Part shown: positions 8,378 through 16,241 of the stretch, in pieces
Numbering within the stretch: the stretch's first letter is position 1
Layout of the letters: every line of letters starts with the position of its first letter
DNA from: Candidatus Bipolaricaulota bacterium
GTDB taxonomy: Bacteria > Bipolaricaulota > Bipolaricaulia > UBA7950 > UBA9294
Direction: 5' to 3'
DNA length: 33,422 nucleotides
NCBI GenBank assembly: GCA_040752575.1
Contig: JBFMGK010000007.1
Coordinates: 1 to 33,422 of the forward strand
Position numbers and translations under genes: made by a program
Notes under the pieces: generated by a model
Databases searched by the model: none
What the model was told of the DNA's origin: nothing
What the model saw: the letters and a program-made list of their open reading frames with translations, nothing else

Positions 8378-9077
8378 AGCGGGTCCGCTTGGGCGCCTCG
8401 TGTTGCCAGACCGCGGCAGGAGCGGACGTGGCGATGGCCGCCGCGTAGCCGACGGGCGCGGCAAGACTCTGGACGAGCCAACGGGCTTCGCCGCCTGCCC
8501 CGTCGAGGACTGCGGCCTCGCGGCCCGAGTCGTCCAGGGGAACGAGGACCCGGCGCAGGCGCGAGGGCACTCCCCCGCCGCACGCCTTGAGCACCGCCTC
8601 TTTGCGCGTCCAGATGCGAAAGAAAGCCTCGCGCCGCGCGGCCGGCTTCAGGGCCTGCAGCGCGGCAGCCTCACGAGGCGCGAAGAAGCGCGCGGCGAGA
8701 CGCTCGACGGCGACGTCGGGGTCGATCCGCTCGAGATCTACGCCGACCTCGACGTCGGCCGAGACGGCGAACAGGGCCCACGGGCCGGAGTGCGAGAGCG
8801 AGAGCGAGTGCGGAACGCCGAGAAGCCGCGGCTTGCCCCGTGAGCGGTCGATAACCGCTTCGTGCGACGCGAGGCCGAGCGTCTCGGAGAGCGCAGCGCG
8901 CGCGAGCGCCCACGCGGCAAGGCTCCGCTCGGCCGCGGGCGAGTGGGCAACGGGGGCCTCCACTTCGGCGGCCGAGGCTTGGGCAACCGGGCACGGAAAG
9001 TCGGGCGCGACGTCAAGCGCGAACGTCCACACGTCGACCCGTGGGGCGTTCGACGCGCGCTCGGGTTCGCCGTTCAT
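8367..9077 (-). CDS. 4'-phosphopantetheinyl transferase, Sfp type
   Basis: RGKP, SLSHSG, VGVDLE and FFRIWTRKEAVLKA motifs. ATG 9077 overlaps the upstream stop (ATGA). Confidence 0.9.
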   Translation of the reverse strand: MNGEPERASNAPRVDVWTFALDVAPDFPCPVAQASAAEVEAPVAHSPAAERSLAAWALARAALSETLGLASHEAVIDRSRGKPRLLGVPHSLSLSHSGPWALFAVSADVEVGVDLERIDPDVAVERLAARFFAPREAAALQALKPAARREAFFRIWTRKEAVLKACGGGVPSRLRRVLVPLDDSGREAAVLDGAGGEARWLVQSLAAPVGYAAAIATSAPAAVWQHEAPKRTRSSR

Positions 9078-10939
9078 CGCCCGGCGGGCCGGTAGGTCGG
9101 CACGAGGCGCTGGAGGGCCGTACGGACTGCGGCTTCGTCGTCCCGGTGTGCCGCGGCCACGAGGTCGTCGATCCCGCCGCGCCACTGGGCATCCGGCGCG
9201 GTAAGCCGCGCGACGAGCAGGCGCTCGTGCTCGGTCTTCTCGGTCCCCTCTTCGGCGGTCAACAGCTCCTCGAAGAACCGCTCGCCCGGGCGAACGCCGG
9301 TGTAGACGATCGGCACGTCGACGTCGGGCTCGAGCCCGTAGAAGCGAATCACGTCGCGGGCCAGATCGACGATCTTCACCGGGCGCCCCATGTCGAGCAC
9401 AAGGACCTGGCCGCCGGCACCGACCGCGCTCGCGAGCAAGACGAGCTGAACGGCCTCGGCGGGGACCATGAAGAAGCGCTCCATGTCGGCGTGCGTCACC
9501 GTGACCGGGCGGCGGGCCTTGACCTGCTCCTGGAAGGTCTGCAGCACGCTGCCGCGGCTGCCGAGCACGTTCCCGAAACGCACGGCGAGGGCTCGCGTCG
9601 CGGCCCCGTCGGCGTCTCGGACCAGAAGCTCGGCCACGCGCTTCGTTGCGCCCATGACCGAGGTCGGGTTCACGGCTTTGTCGGTCGAGATCAAGACGAA
9701 CGTCTCGCTTCCGGCGGCCCGCGCCGCGTCGAGAACGTTCCGCGTCCCCTCGACATTCGTGCGCGCCGCCTCGCACGGGTGGCGCTCCATCATCGGCACG
9801 TGCTTGTACGCCGCAGCGTGGTAGACGACGGCCGGGGCCTCGCGCTTCATGACCGAGGCCACGCGGTCGCGGTCGCGGACGTCGGCGACGACCACCTCGA
9901 CGTCGGCGGTCGAGAAGCGACGGCCCAAGTCGGCGGCGAGGTCGAAAAGGCCCGTTTCGTTCTGGTCGAGGGCGACGAGCCGCGATGCGCCGAAGCGCAG
10001 GACCTGACGGCACAATTCGGATCCAATCGATCCCGCGGCGCCGGTCACGAGCACGCGCTTGCCGCCGACGAAGCGGGCGATGGGCGTCGGGTCAATCACA
10101 ACCTCCTCGCGCTGCAGCACGTCGGATGGCTGCAGCTCGCGCAGCTCGGCGACGGTGATCTCACGCGTCGTGAGTTCGGCGAGGTCGGGGACGATACGGA
10201 TGTCGCGAACGCCGGCGGTGCGCGCCCGCTCGACGGTGTCGCGCAGCACGGTGCGCGAGGCGGAAGGCATCGCGATGAGCACCGACGAGATGCGCAGCCG
10301 CTCGACAAGACGCTCTAGGGCGTCTCGGCGGCCGAGGACGGGGACGCCGCGAACGATCGCCCCTTGCTTGTGGGGGTCGTCGTCGACAAAGCCGACGATG
10401 CGAATGCCGGGCTGTTCCTCTTGCTGCAGCGCGCGCACGAGCTGCGCGCCGGCGTCGCCGGCGCCCACGACAAGGGCGCGCGTTCGCAGGGCGCGCCGGT
10501 CGCGCCCCGCCGCCCCGGCGAGTTCGGCCATGAGCCGCCGCGCCGAGCGCACGCCCGCCACGGCGAGGAACGTCAACGCAAGGTCGATCGCGAACACCGA
10601 GCGGGGAAACGACGCGACGGCGCCCGCGTGGCGCAGCGCGTAGACAACGGCGACGAACGCGACCGTCCCTGCGACGCAGGCCGCACCGATCGCGAGAACC
10701 TCGCGCGCATCGACGTGCCGCCAGCTCAGCCGGTCAAGGCGGAACAGCGCGAAGAACGGCAACTTCGCTCCCATAGCAATCGGAAGGCTCACGGCAAGGA
10801 CCGGCAGGAGTCCGATGGGGATCGCCGCGTCGAACCGCAGCCAGAACGCAGCGGCCAGGCTCGCGGCGACCAGAAGGGCGTCCAACGCGAGGATCCCGGC
10901 GCGTCGCAGCCCGGGCGATACCGCCCCGCGCGAGATCAT
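9074..10939 (-). CDS. Membrane-bound UDP-GlcNAc 4,6-dehydratase (PglF/CapD/WbpM family)
   Basis: N-terminal TM helices, VVGAGDAG, TGAAGSIGSELC, AYKHVP, STDKAV, MGATKR, VRFGNVLGSRGSV. ATG 10939 in an ATGA overlap. Confidence 0.93.
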   Translation of the reverse strand: MISRGAVSPGLRRAGILALDALLVAASLAAAFWLRFDAAIPIGLLPVLAVSLPIAMGAKLPFFALFRLDRLSWRHVDAREVLAIGAACVAGTVAFVAVVYALRHAGAVASFPRSVFAIDLALTFLAVAGVRSARRLMAELAGAAGRDRRALRTRALVVGAGDAGAQLVRALQQEEQPGIRIVGFVDDDPHKQGAIVRGVPVLGRRDALERLVERLRISSVLIAMPSASRTVLRDTVERARTAGVRDIRIVPDLAELTTREITVAELRELQPSDVLQREEVVIDPTPIARFVGGKRVLVTGAAGSIGSELCRQVLRFGASRLVALDQNETGLFDLAADLGRRFSTADVEVVVADVRDRDRVASVMKREAPAVVYHAAAYKHVPMMERHPCEAARTNVEGTRNVLDAARAAGSETFVLISTDKAVNPTSVMGATKRVAELLVRDADGAATRALAVRFGNVLGSRGSVLQTFQEQVKARRPVTVTHADMERFFMVPAEAVQLVLLASAVGAGGQVLVLDMGRPVKIVDLARDVIRFYGLEPDVDVPIVYTGVRPGERFFEELLTAEEGTEKTEHERLLVARLTAPDAQWRGGIDDLVAAAHRDDEAAVRTALQRLVPTYRPAGR

Positions 10940-12066
10940 CGGCCCCTCACTGCGGCGCGCAGCGCCAGGGCGACGCGTTCGATGTCCGCGTCGCGCAGCG
11001 ACGTGTAGAACGGCAGCGCGATCGTGCGGTCGGAGACGCGGTCGGTCACGGGGAACTGGCCGCGGCGCGTGCCAAGCGCGGCAGCGATGTACGGCTGGAG
11101 GTGGATGGGCGTGAAGTAGTCGCGGCAGCCGATGCCGGCGTCGCGCAGCCGCGCCAGGACGCGGTCGCGGTCGTCGCGCGAGAACCGGTCGGCCAGACGG
11201 ATCACGTAGACGAACCAGCTCATCGTCACGCCCGCGGCGACCTTGGGCAGGACGACCTCGTCGAGATCGCCCAGCGCCTCGGTATAGCGCTTTGCGACGC
11301 GGGCCCGCGCGGAGACGATCTCGCCGAGCCGGGCGAGCTGCGACAGGCCGAGTGCGGCCGACATCTCGTCGATGCGGAAGTTGTAGCCGAGTCGGACGTG
11401 GTTGAGCCATCCGCCGTCGCCGCGCCCTTGGTCGGCCATGCTGCGGCACAGGGCGGCGGTCTCGGCGTCGTCGGTCACGATCGCGCCGCCCTCGCCAGTC
11501 ACGACCTGTTTGTTGGGGTAGAAGCCGAAGATCCCCGCATCGCCGAACGCGCCGCAGGCGCGGCCGCCGAGCCGCGAGCCGAGCGCCTCGGCCGAGTCCT
11601 CGATGAGGCGCAGACCGTGTCGGCGGGCGATCGCTTGAATGGCCGGGAGATCGGCCGGGTGGCCGAAGGCGTCGACGGCGAGGATGGCCTTCGTTCGCGG
11701 CGTGATCGCCCGCTCGATGAGGCCGGGGTCGATGCACAGCGTCTCTGGTTCGATGTCCACGAACACGGGCGTTGCGCGCTCGAACAGGATGCAGTTCGTC
11801 GACGCGATGAAACTGAACGGCGTGGTGACCACCTCGTCGCCCGGGCCGATCCCGAACGCGCGGACGAGCAGGTGCAGGGCGCTGGTCCCGCTGTTCATCG
11901 CGACGGCGTGTCGCACGCCGACGGCTTCGGCGAGCGCGTGCTCGAAGGCTTCGGTCTTCGGGCCGAGCGACAAGCGGTCGCTGTTCAGCACGTCCACCAC
12001 GGCCGCGACGTCCTCGGGAAGGATGTCGTGCTTAGCGAGCGGAATCGTCTCGTGAAGTCCACCCAT
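10936..12066 (-). CDS. DegT/DnrJ/EryC1/StrS PLP-dependent sugar aminotransferase (PglE-like role)
   Basis: NSGTSALHL, GPGDEVVTTPFSFIAS, IEDSAEALGS, GFYPNKQVVTGEGG (PLP Lys), GYNFR. Confidence 0.93.
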   Translation of the reverse strand: MGGLHETIPLAKHDILPEDVAAVVDVLNSDRLSLGPKTEAFEHALAEAVGVRHAVAMNSGTSALHLLVRAFGIGPGDEVVTTPFSFIASTNCILFERATPVFVDIEPETLCIDPGLIERAITPRTKAILAVDAFGHPADLPAIQAIARRHGLRLIEDSAEALGSRLGGRACGAFGDAGIFGFYPNKQVVTGEGGAIVTDDAETAALCRSMADQGRGDGGWLNHVRLGYNFRIDEMSAALGLSQLARLGEIVSARARVAKRYTEALGDLDEVVLPKVAAGVTMSWFVYVIRLADRFSRDDRDRVLARLRDAGIGCRDYFTPIHLQPYIAAALGTRRGQFPVTDRVSDRTIALPFYTSLRDADIERVALALRAAVRGR

Positions 12067-12072
12067 ACCTCG

Positions 12073-12735
12073 TCAGTCTCCTCTCAAAACCCGAGCCGGC
12101 ACGCCGCCCACGACCGTTCCGGGGCGGACGTCGGTCAGGACGACGGCGCCAGCTCCGACCTTGGCCAGTTCCCCAACGTGGACTCCGGGGAGCACACAGG
12201 CCCCGGACCCGACGAGGGCGGCGCGGTCGACCGTCGCTCCGCCGCCGAGCCGCGCTCCGGGGGCGATGTGGGCGTAGTCGCCTACGCGAACGTCGTGCTC
12301 GACGATGGCGCCGGTGTTGACGATCGCGTGCGCGCCGATCGAGGCCGACGTATGAACTACGGCGAGGGGTAGGATCATCGCTCCGTCGGCGATCGCGGTC
12401 TCGCGGGCGATCCAGGCTGTCGGGTGAAGGATCGCGACGAACCCGCGACCGGCCGCCTCGACCCGAGCGACGACGGCCGCCCGCGCTTCGGGATCGCCGA
12501 TTGCCACGACGACGCGGCCGTCGCCGAACGCCGACTGCGAGAGCAGGGTCGCGTCCCCGAGGACCTTGACGCCGAGGATGTAGCGTCCGTGGCATGACGG
12601 GTCATCGTCGAGCACGCCAAGGACGCGCAGGTCGGGGCGCGACAGTGCGGCGTCGAGCACGACGCGGCCGTGTCCGCCGGCGCCGTAGACGAGAACTGGC
12701 TGGGGTTCGTAGCGAATCGGTTCGGCCGTCTTCAT
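12073..12735 (-). CDS. Sugar N-acetyltransferase, PglD/NeuD family (hexapeptide repeats)
   Basis: YGAGGHGRVV, VAIGD, HPTA, NTGAIVEHD, hexapeptide repeats, GVPAR. ATG 12735 with GGAGG upstream. Confidence 0.92.
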   Translation of the reverse strand: MKTAEPIRYEPQPVLVYGAGGHGRVVLDAALSRPDLRVLGVLDDDPSCHGRYILGVKVLGDATLLSQSAFGDGRVVVAIGDPEARAAVVARVEAAGRGFVAILHPTAWIARETAIADGAMILPLAVVHTSASIGAHAIVNTGAIVEHDVRVGDYAHIAPGARLGGGATVDRAALVGSGACVLPGVHVGELAKVGAGAVVLTDVRPGTVVGGVPARVLRGD

Positions 12736-12888
12736 GCTCCGCCCTCCGAGAGGCTCCTTGCTCGCGCTTCGCGCGGGGATCGCAAAACGCGCCTGGCTTG
12801 TCTGGCGGGATTGTACCGACTTGCGCGCTTCCGCAAGAAAGGAGCTGCGGGGCTCGTGAGCTTGACGCGATGGCCGGGAGTGTGAGGT

Positions 12889-13407
12889 GGGCGTAGTGCG
12901 GAGTCCGGCGAAGCCTCTGGAGCGTCGCAGTCTGGCCCAACAGCGGGGCATTGGCGCAGCCGATGTTGGGCTGGCGCTGCGCCGAACGGCGGAGACAAGC
13001 TCCGCCGAACGTCGCAGACAAGCTGCGACGCTACAGGGGTTCTTCAATCCTCGGGCAGTGCGTGCCGCTGCAGCGTCCTATGCGCTCGGTCCTTACGCGA
13101 GAGCGCACCACCTTCTGTGTGCGACGTCGCGGGCCGGGATGCGTGATCCGAAGGCCCTTGTAGCGTCGCAGCGCCAGCCCAACAGCGGCTGCGCTGAGAC
13201 ACCTTGACGTTGGGCCAGCCTGCGACGTTCAAGACGGGATGGTCCCGGGTTCGTGGGTCTTGCACGCCGAAGCGCAGCGTCTGGGGGCCGTCGCAGACAA
13301 GCTGCGATGACACGTTCCAGAAGCGTAAGGCGTCCAGGGTGCGTAGTCCGTGGTTCTGACTGCGCACGGCGGCCTACGGACCACGCACTACGGACCCGGA
13401 CCCCGCA
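12889..13407. repeat. REP/BIME-like mosaic block with heptamer microrepeats
   Basis: Hairpin units at 12923-12981 (long loop), 12987-13007 (compensatory variant), 13010-13034, 13160-13227 (long loop, GTAG first) and 13289-13307. Heptamers at 13339-13352 and 13374-13407. Confidence 0.85.
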
Positions 13408-13423
13408 CCTCGCTATGGCATGG

Positions 13424-13843
13424 CTACGGCACGACGTCGAGGCGGCGGCGATGGCCTTCGCCGAAGCGGTAGATGTTGTAGTGGGCGTCGAACGCGAACG
13501 CACGCGCGATCCCCTCGCGCTCCATCACGGCGAAGCTCGTCGCGTCGACGAGCGAGAAGGTCTGATCGGGAAACCGCGACAGGATCTCCCGTGCGCGTTC
13601 CAGATCGTCGTGCGTCACGTCGAGTACCGAAACGATGCCCGAGCGAAGAGCGTCCCAGAAACGGATGGCCGCATCGCGCCCCAAGCGACTGCCGAGAAGG
13701 AACCAGCACTCCACAAGGATGTGATCGGTCGTCGACAAGCCATCGCCAATCAGCGTCTCGTAAGCGGCCTTCGCTCGCCGGTGATTCCGGTCGCTTCCGT
13801 CCGCGAGCGCGTAGAAGGCCGAAGTGTCTACGAAGACGCGCAT
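13424..13843 (-). CDS. vapC: PIN-domain toxin (VapC family)
   Basis: VFVDTSAFYAL, ILVE, SLVDATSFAVM, AFAFDAHY; the PIN acidic residues are present. Confidence 0.9.
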   Translation of the reverse strand: MRVFVDTSAFYALADGSDRNHRRAKAAYETLIGDGLSTTDHILVECWFLLGSRLGRDAAIRFWDALRSGIVSVLDVTHDDLERAREILSRFPDQTFSLVDATSFAVMEREGIARAFAFDAHYNIYRFGEGHRRRLDVVP

Positions 13844-14079
13844 CGTCGCGCGGTCTCCTCGCCGATGTAGCGATCGTGCTCCTCGGACGCATCGGCGACG
13901 CCGCTTGTTCCCAACGCAACGATACGCGCGAAGTCCTCGCGGCGCGGCTCTTTGTGCAAGTGGTCGCTCGCCAGCTGCCGCACGAGCTCGGCAAGCGAGA
14001 CGCCCTTCTCGGCGGCCTCCCGCTTCAGCAGTCGATGCTGTTCGGGTTCAAGATAGATTTGCGTTCGCTTGAGAGTCAC
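13828..14079 (-). CDS. CopG/ribbon-helix-helix antitoxin
   Basis: KRTQIYLEPEQHRLLKREAAEKGVSLAELVR and C-terminal ASEEHDRY. GTG 14079 with GGAGGT. Overlaps the PIN gene. Confidence 0.88.
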   Translation of the reverse strand: MTLKRTQIYLEPEQHRLLKREAAEKGVSLAELVRQLASDHLHKEPRREDFARIVALGTSGVADASEEHDRYIGEETARRCASS

Positions 14080-14098
14080 GCCCACCTCCCCTGCTCCG

Positions 14099-14115
14099 AT
14101 GTCGACATTATAATG
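14099..14115 (-). promoter_or_regulatory. Putative -10 box (TATAAT) with palindromic operator for the RHH-VapC module
   Basis: TATAAT on the minus strand at 14107-14112. Perfect palindrome ATGTCGACAT at 14099-14108. Confidence 0.6.
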
Positions 14116-14146
14116 GCGATGGTGGTCCGAGCGAGAGGCGTCCGTG

Positions 14147-14216
14147 GTGCGTAGTCCGGAGTCCGAGGAAGTGCGTCCGTGGTCCGTGGTTAGGAAGAGC
14201 CTCTGGAGCGTCGCAG
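14147..14216 (+). repeat. 70-bp direct repeat, copy 1 (heptamers running into a REP arm)
   Basis: 68/70 identical to 15061-15130. It continues into a complete REP hairpin at 14209-14233. Confidence 0.9.
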
Positions 14217-14296
14217 GCAAACTGCGACGCTACAAGGGGTGTTGGGGCGCGGCGTTGGCGCTGACGTTGGGCTGCGGACGCGGGCGACGCTCTGGC

Positions 14297-14659
14297 CTAG
14301 CCACTATCTCCAGACCGCGGCACCAGGGCCTGCACGGTTTCGCGGACAAGGGGCAGATCCTCTTTCACCGTTCTCCAGACAACGGCGGCATCGACTCCGA
14401 AATAGGCGTGGACGACCTTGTCGCGCATCCCGGTCATGCCCCGCCACGGCACAGCTGGGTGCTTGGCGCGAAACGCCTGAGGAATGTGCTTTGCGGCTTC
14501 TCCAATGACTTCCAGCGCTCGCACGACGGCCATGAGGGTCTTCTCATCGTCCGCCAGCGCGGAGGCGTCGCACGCCGAAGCCATGAAGCGCTCCGCCTTG
14601 CCAACGTAGTCGAGGATGTCCTGAAGGTAGTCTTCGGACGTCCGCTCGGATGGCTTCAT
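14297..14659 (-). CDS. hepT: HEPN/DUF86 ribonuclease toxin (HepT-like)
   Basis: LEVIGEAAK and PWRGMTGMRDKVVHAYFGVD (RxxxxHxY). Confidence 0.92.
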   Translation of the reverse strand: MKPSERTSEDYLQDILDYVGKAERFMASACDASALADDEKTLMAVVRALEVIGEAAKHIPQAFRAKHPAVPWRGMTGMRDKVVHAYFGVDAAVVWRTVKEDLPLVRETVQALVPRSGDSG

Positions 14660-14982
14660 ACTTCGACGATCTCGGCGAGGATCCGTTCCCCAATACGGGG
14701 CTTCAAGGCAGATCGCATGACAAGGTCGGTCTTGGTGCCGAGCAAATCTGTAAGTCGGTCCTCGAGCTCAATGAACTCGAAGAACGTCGGCGGGCGCTTG
14801 AAGTCCACCAGGATGTCCACGTCGCTGCGCGATTGCCGCTCGCCCCGCACGATTGAGCCGAAGACGCCCAAGGACTGGATGCTGTAGCCCCGCTCGAGCT
14901 CCGGCAGCTCTGCCCGAAGCGTGCGGAGCACGTCCTCGAGCATCAGAGTCCTAGGGTCTCTCTTCGCTGCGGCCTTACCCAT
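14656..14982 (-). CDS. mntA: Minimal nucleotidyltransferase antitoxin (MntA-like)
   Basis: GSIVRGERQSRSDVD (GSx10DxD). ATGA overlap with the HEPN gene. Start 14982, alternative 14943. Confidence 0.92.
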   Translation of the reverse strand: MGKAAAKRDPRTLMLEDVLRTLRAELPELERGYSIQSLGVFGSIVRGERQSRSDVDILVDFKRPPTFFEFIELEDRLTDLLGTKTDLVMRSALKPRIGERILAEIVEV

Positions 14983-14988
14983 GGCGTC

Positions 14989-14994
14989 ATTGTA
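14989..14994 (-). promoter_or_regulatory. Putative -10 box (TACAAT) of a leaderless MNT-HEPN transcript
   Basis: TACAAT lies 6 nt before ATG 14982, with no Shine-Dalgarno. Confidence 0.5.
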
Positions 14995-15015
14995 GTGGAA
15001 TTGCCGAGCCAGGTC

Positions 15016-15051
15016 TGTTGAGTTTCTTGGGCTCGTTGAGTTCGTTGGGTT
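15016..15051. repeat. Four imperfect tandem 9-mers
   Basis: TGTTGAGTT TCTTGGGCT CGTTGAGTT CGTTGGGTT. Confidence 0.75.
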
Positions 15052-15060
15052 GCGAGAGGT

Positions 15061-15130
15061 GTGCGTAGTCCGGAGTCCGAGGAAGTGCGTCCGTAGTCCG
15101 TGGTTAGGAAGAGCCTCTGTAGCGTCGCAG
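15061..15130 (+). repeat. 70-bp direct repeat, copy 2
   Basis: 68/70 identical to 14147-14216. Confidence 0.9.
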
Positions 15131-15518
15131 CGCCAGCCCAACGGGGCCTGCGCTGACACACGTTGGCGTTGGGCCAGGCTGCGACGTGGGGAGTCGGCAG
15201 TCGAGATCCGTAAGCCTCTGTAGCGTCGCAGCGCCAGCCCAACGGGGCCTGCGCTGACACACGTTGGCGTTGGGCCAGGCTGCGACGTTCGTGTCGGGAT
15301 GCGTGATCCGAAAGCCCTTGTAGCGTCGCAGTTTATCTGCGACGTTCACGACGGGATCGTCCTAGGTCCGGGAGCTTTGCGCGTCGAATCGCGGCATTTG
15401 GTGGCCGTCGCAGGCAAGCTGCGACGCTACAAGGGTTCTTGGCTCCTCGGGCCGTGTGTGCCGCTGTCGCGAGTCGGGATGCGTCGAAAGCCCTTGTAGC
15501 CCTGCGACGCTACAGGGG
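15112..15518. repeat. REP/BIME-like mosaic block
   Basis: Identical 76-bp units at 15112-15187 and 15213-15288. REPs at 15320-15344 (GTAG first) and 15406-15430 (inverse), and a truncated unit at 15496-15513. Linkers are homologous to those at 13035-13290. Confidence 0.88.
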
Positions 15519-15534
15519 CATGGCTCACGACGCA

Positions 15535-16164
15535 TCACGAATCCCGCGGATCGACGAACGGGTCGTTCACGCCGTCCTCGCCGTAGAGGCCCCTGCGGGT
15601 TACGAGCACGCACCACAGGGTCTGGAAGAGGATCTTGAGGTCGAGCGCGAGCGTCCAGCGATCGACGTACTCGACGTCGAGCTCGATTCGCTCCTTCCAC
15701 GAGAGGGCGTTCCGTCCGCGAACGACGGCCAGGCTCGTGATACCCGGCCGCATCTCGAGCCGCCGCCTTTGGAACGGCGTGTAGCGTTCGACCTGATACG
15801 CGAGCGTCGGTCGCGGGCCGACTAGGCTCATCTCGCCGACGAGGACGTTCAAGAGCTGCGGCAGTTCGTCGAGCCCCGTGGCGCGCAGCAGACGCCCGAC
15901 GCGCGTGATCCGGTCGTCACGGGCGGCAACGGTAACGCCGAGGCCCTTCGACACCGCGTCCACAACCATCGTGCGGAACTTCCAGACGCGGAAGAGGTGC
16001 CCGCCGCGACCTACTCGTTCCTGGCGAAAGAAGACAGGGCCGCGGCTGTCAAGCCGAATCGCAAGCGCGATCGCGGCGAAGGGAAGAGCGAGGAGTGCGA
16101 CGGCAGGGATAGAGATCGCCAGATCTGTCAGCCTCTTCAGAGCGCGTCCGCCGGATCTCAGCAC
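15535..16164 (-). CDS. Initiating phosphoglycosyltransferase (bacterial sugar transferase, PglC-like)
   Basis: KRLTDL, GPVFFRQERVG, WKFRTM, LDELPQLLNVLVGEMSLVGPRP, PGIT. GTG 16164 preceded by AGGGGG. Confidence 0.92.
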   Translation of the reverse strand: MLRSGGRALKRLTDLAISIPAVALLALPFAAIALAIRLDSRGPVFFRQERVGRGGHLFRVWKFRTMVVDAVSKGLGVTVAARDDRITRVGRLLRATGLDELPQLLNVLVGEMSLVGPRPTLAYQVERYTPFQRRRLEMRPGITSLAVVRGRNALSWKERIELDVEYVDRWTLALDLKILFQTLWCVLVTRRGLYGEDGVNDPFVDPRDS

Positions 16165-16241
16165 GTGTTCCCCCTGTTTCCCTGGGCATCCGCGCCAGGA
16201 GGGCGCGCGTTCCCCTGCGCTATTCGTTCGTGTGGGTGTGT

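Noticed and set aside
13177..13215. Integron attC-like ends: GCCCAAC...GTTGGGC fits RYYYAAC...GTTRRRY (also 129-166, 15136-15174 and other long-loop copies)
   Set aside because: Only about 37-39 bp, shorter than known attC sites. There are no recognisable L boxes, they are not placed right after cassette stop codons, and no intI is in the window. Better explained as inner stems of REP variants; IntegronFinder would settle it.
12887..13503. Short ORFs across the repeat blocks (also 14943-15499) sharing peptides such as KLRRY and WRCDAT
   Set aside because: The shared peptides are translations of the REP itself. There is no RBS or family motif.
15112..15344. CRISPR-like repeat-spacer pattern
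   Set aside because: Only two 76-bp units, neighbouring units alternate in orientation, spacing is irregular, and there are no cas genes.
12736..15534. Insertion sequence or transposase responsible for the TA island
   Set aside because: No DDE, Y1/HUH or recombinase ORF and no terminal inverted repeats with target duplication were recognisable.
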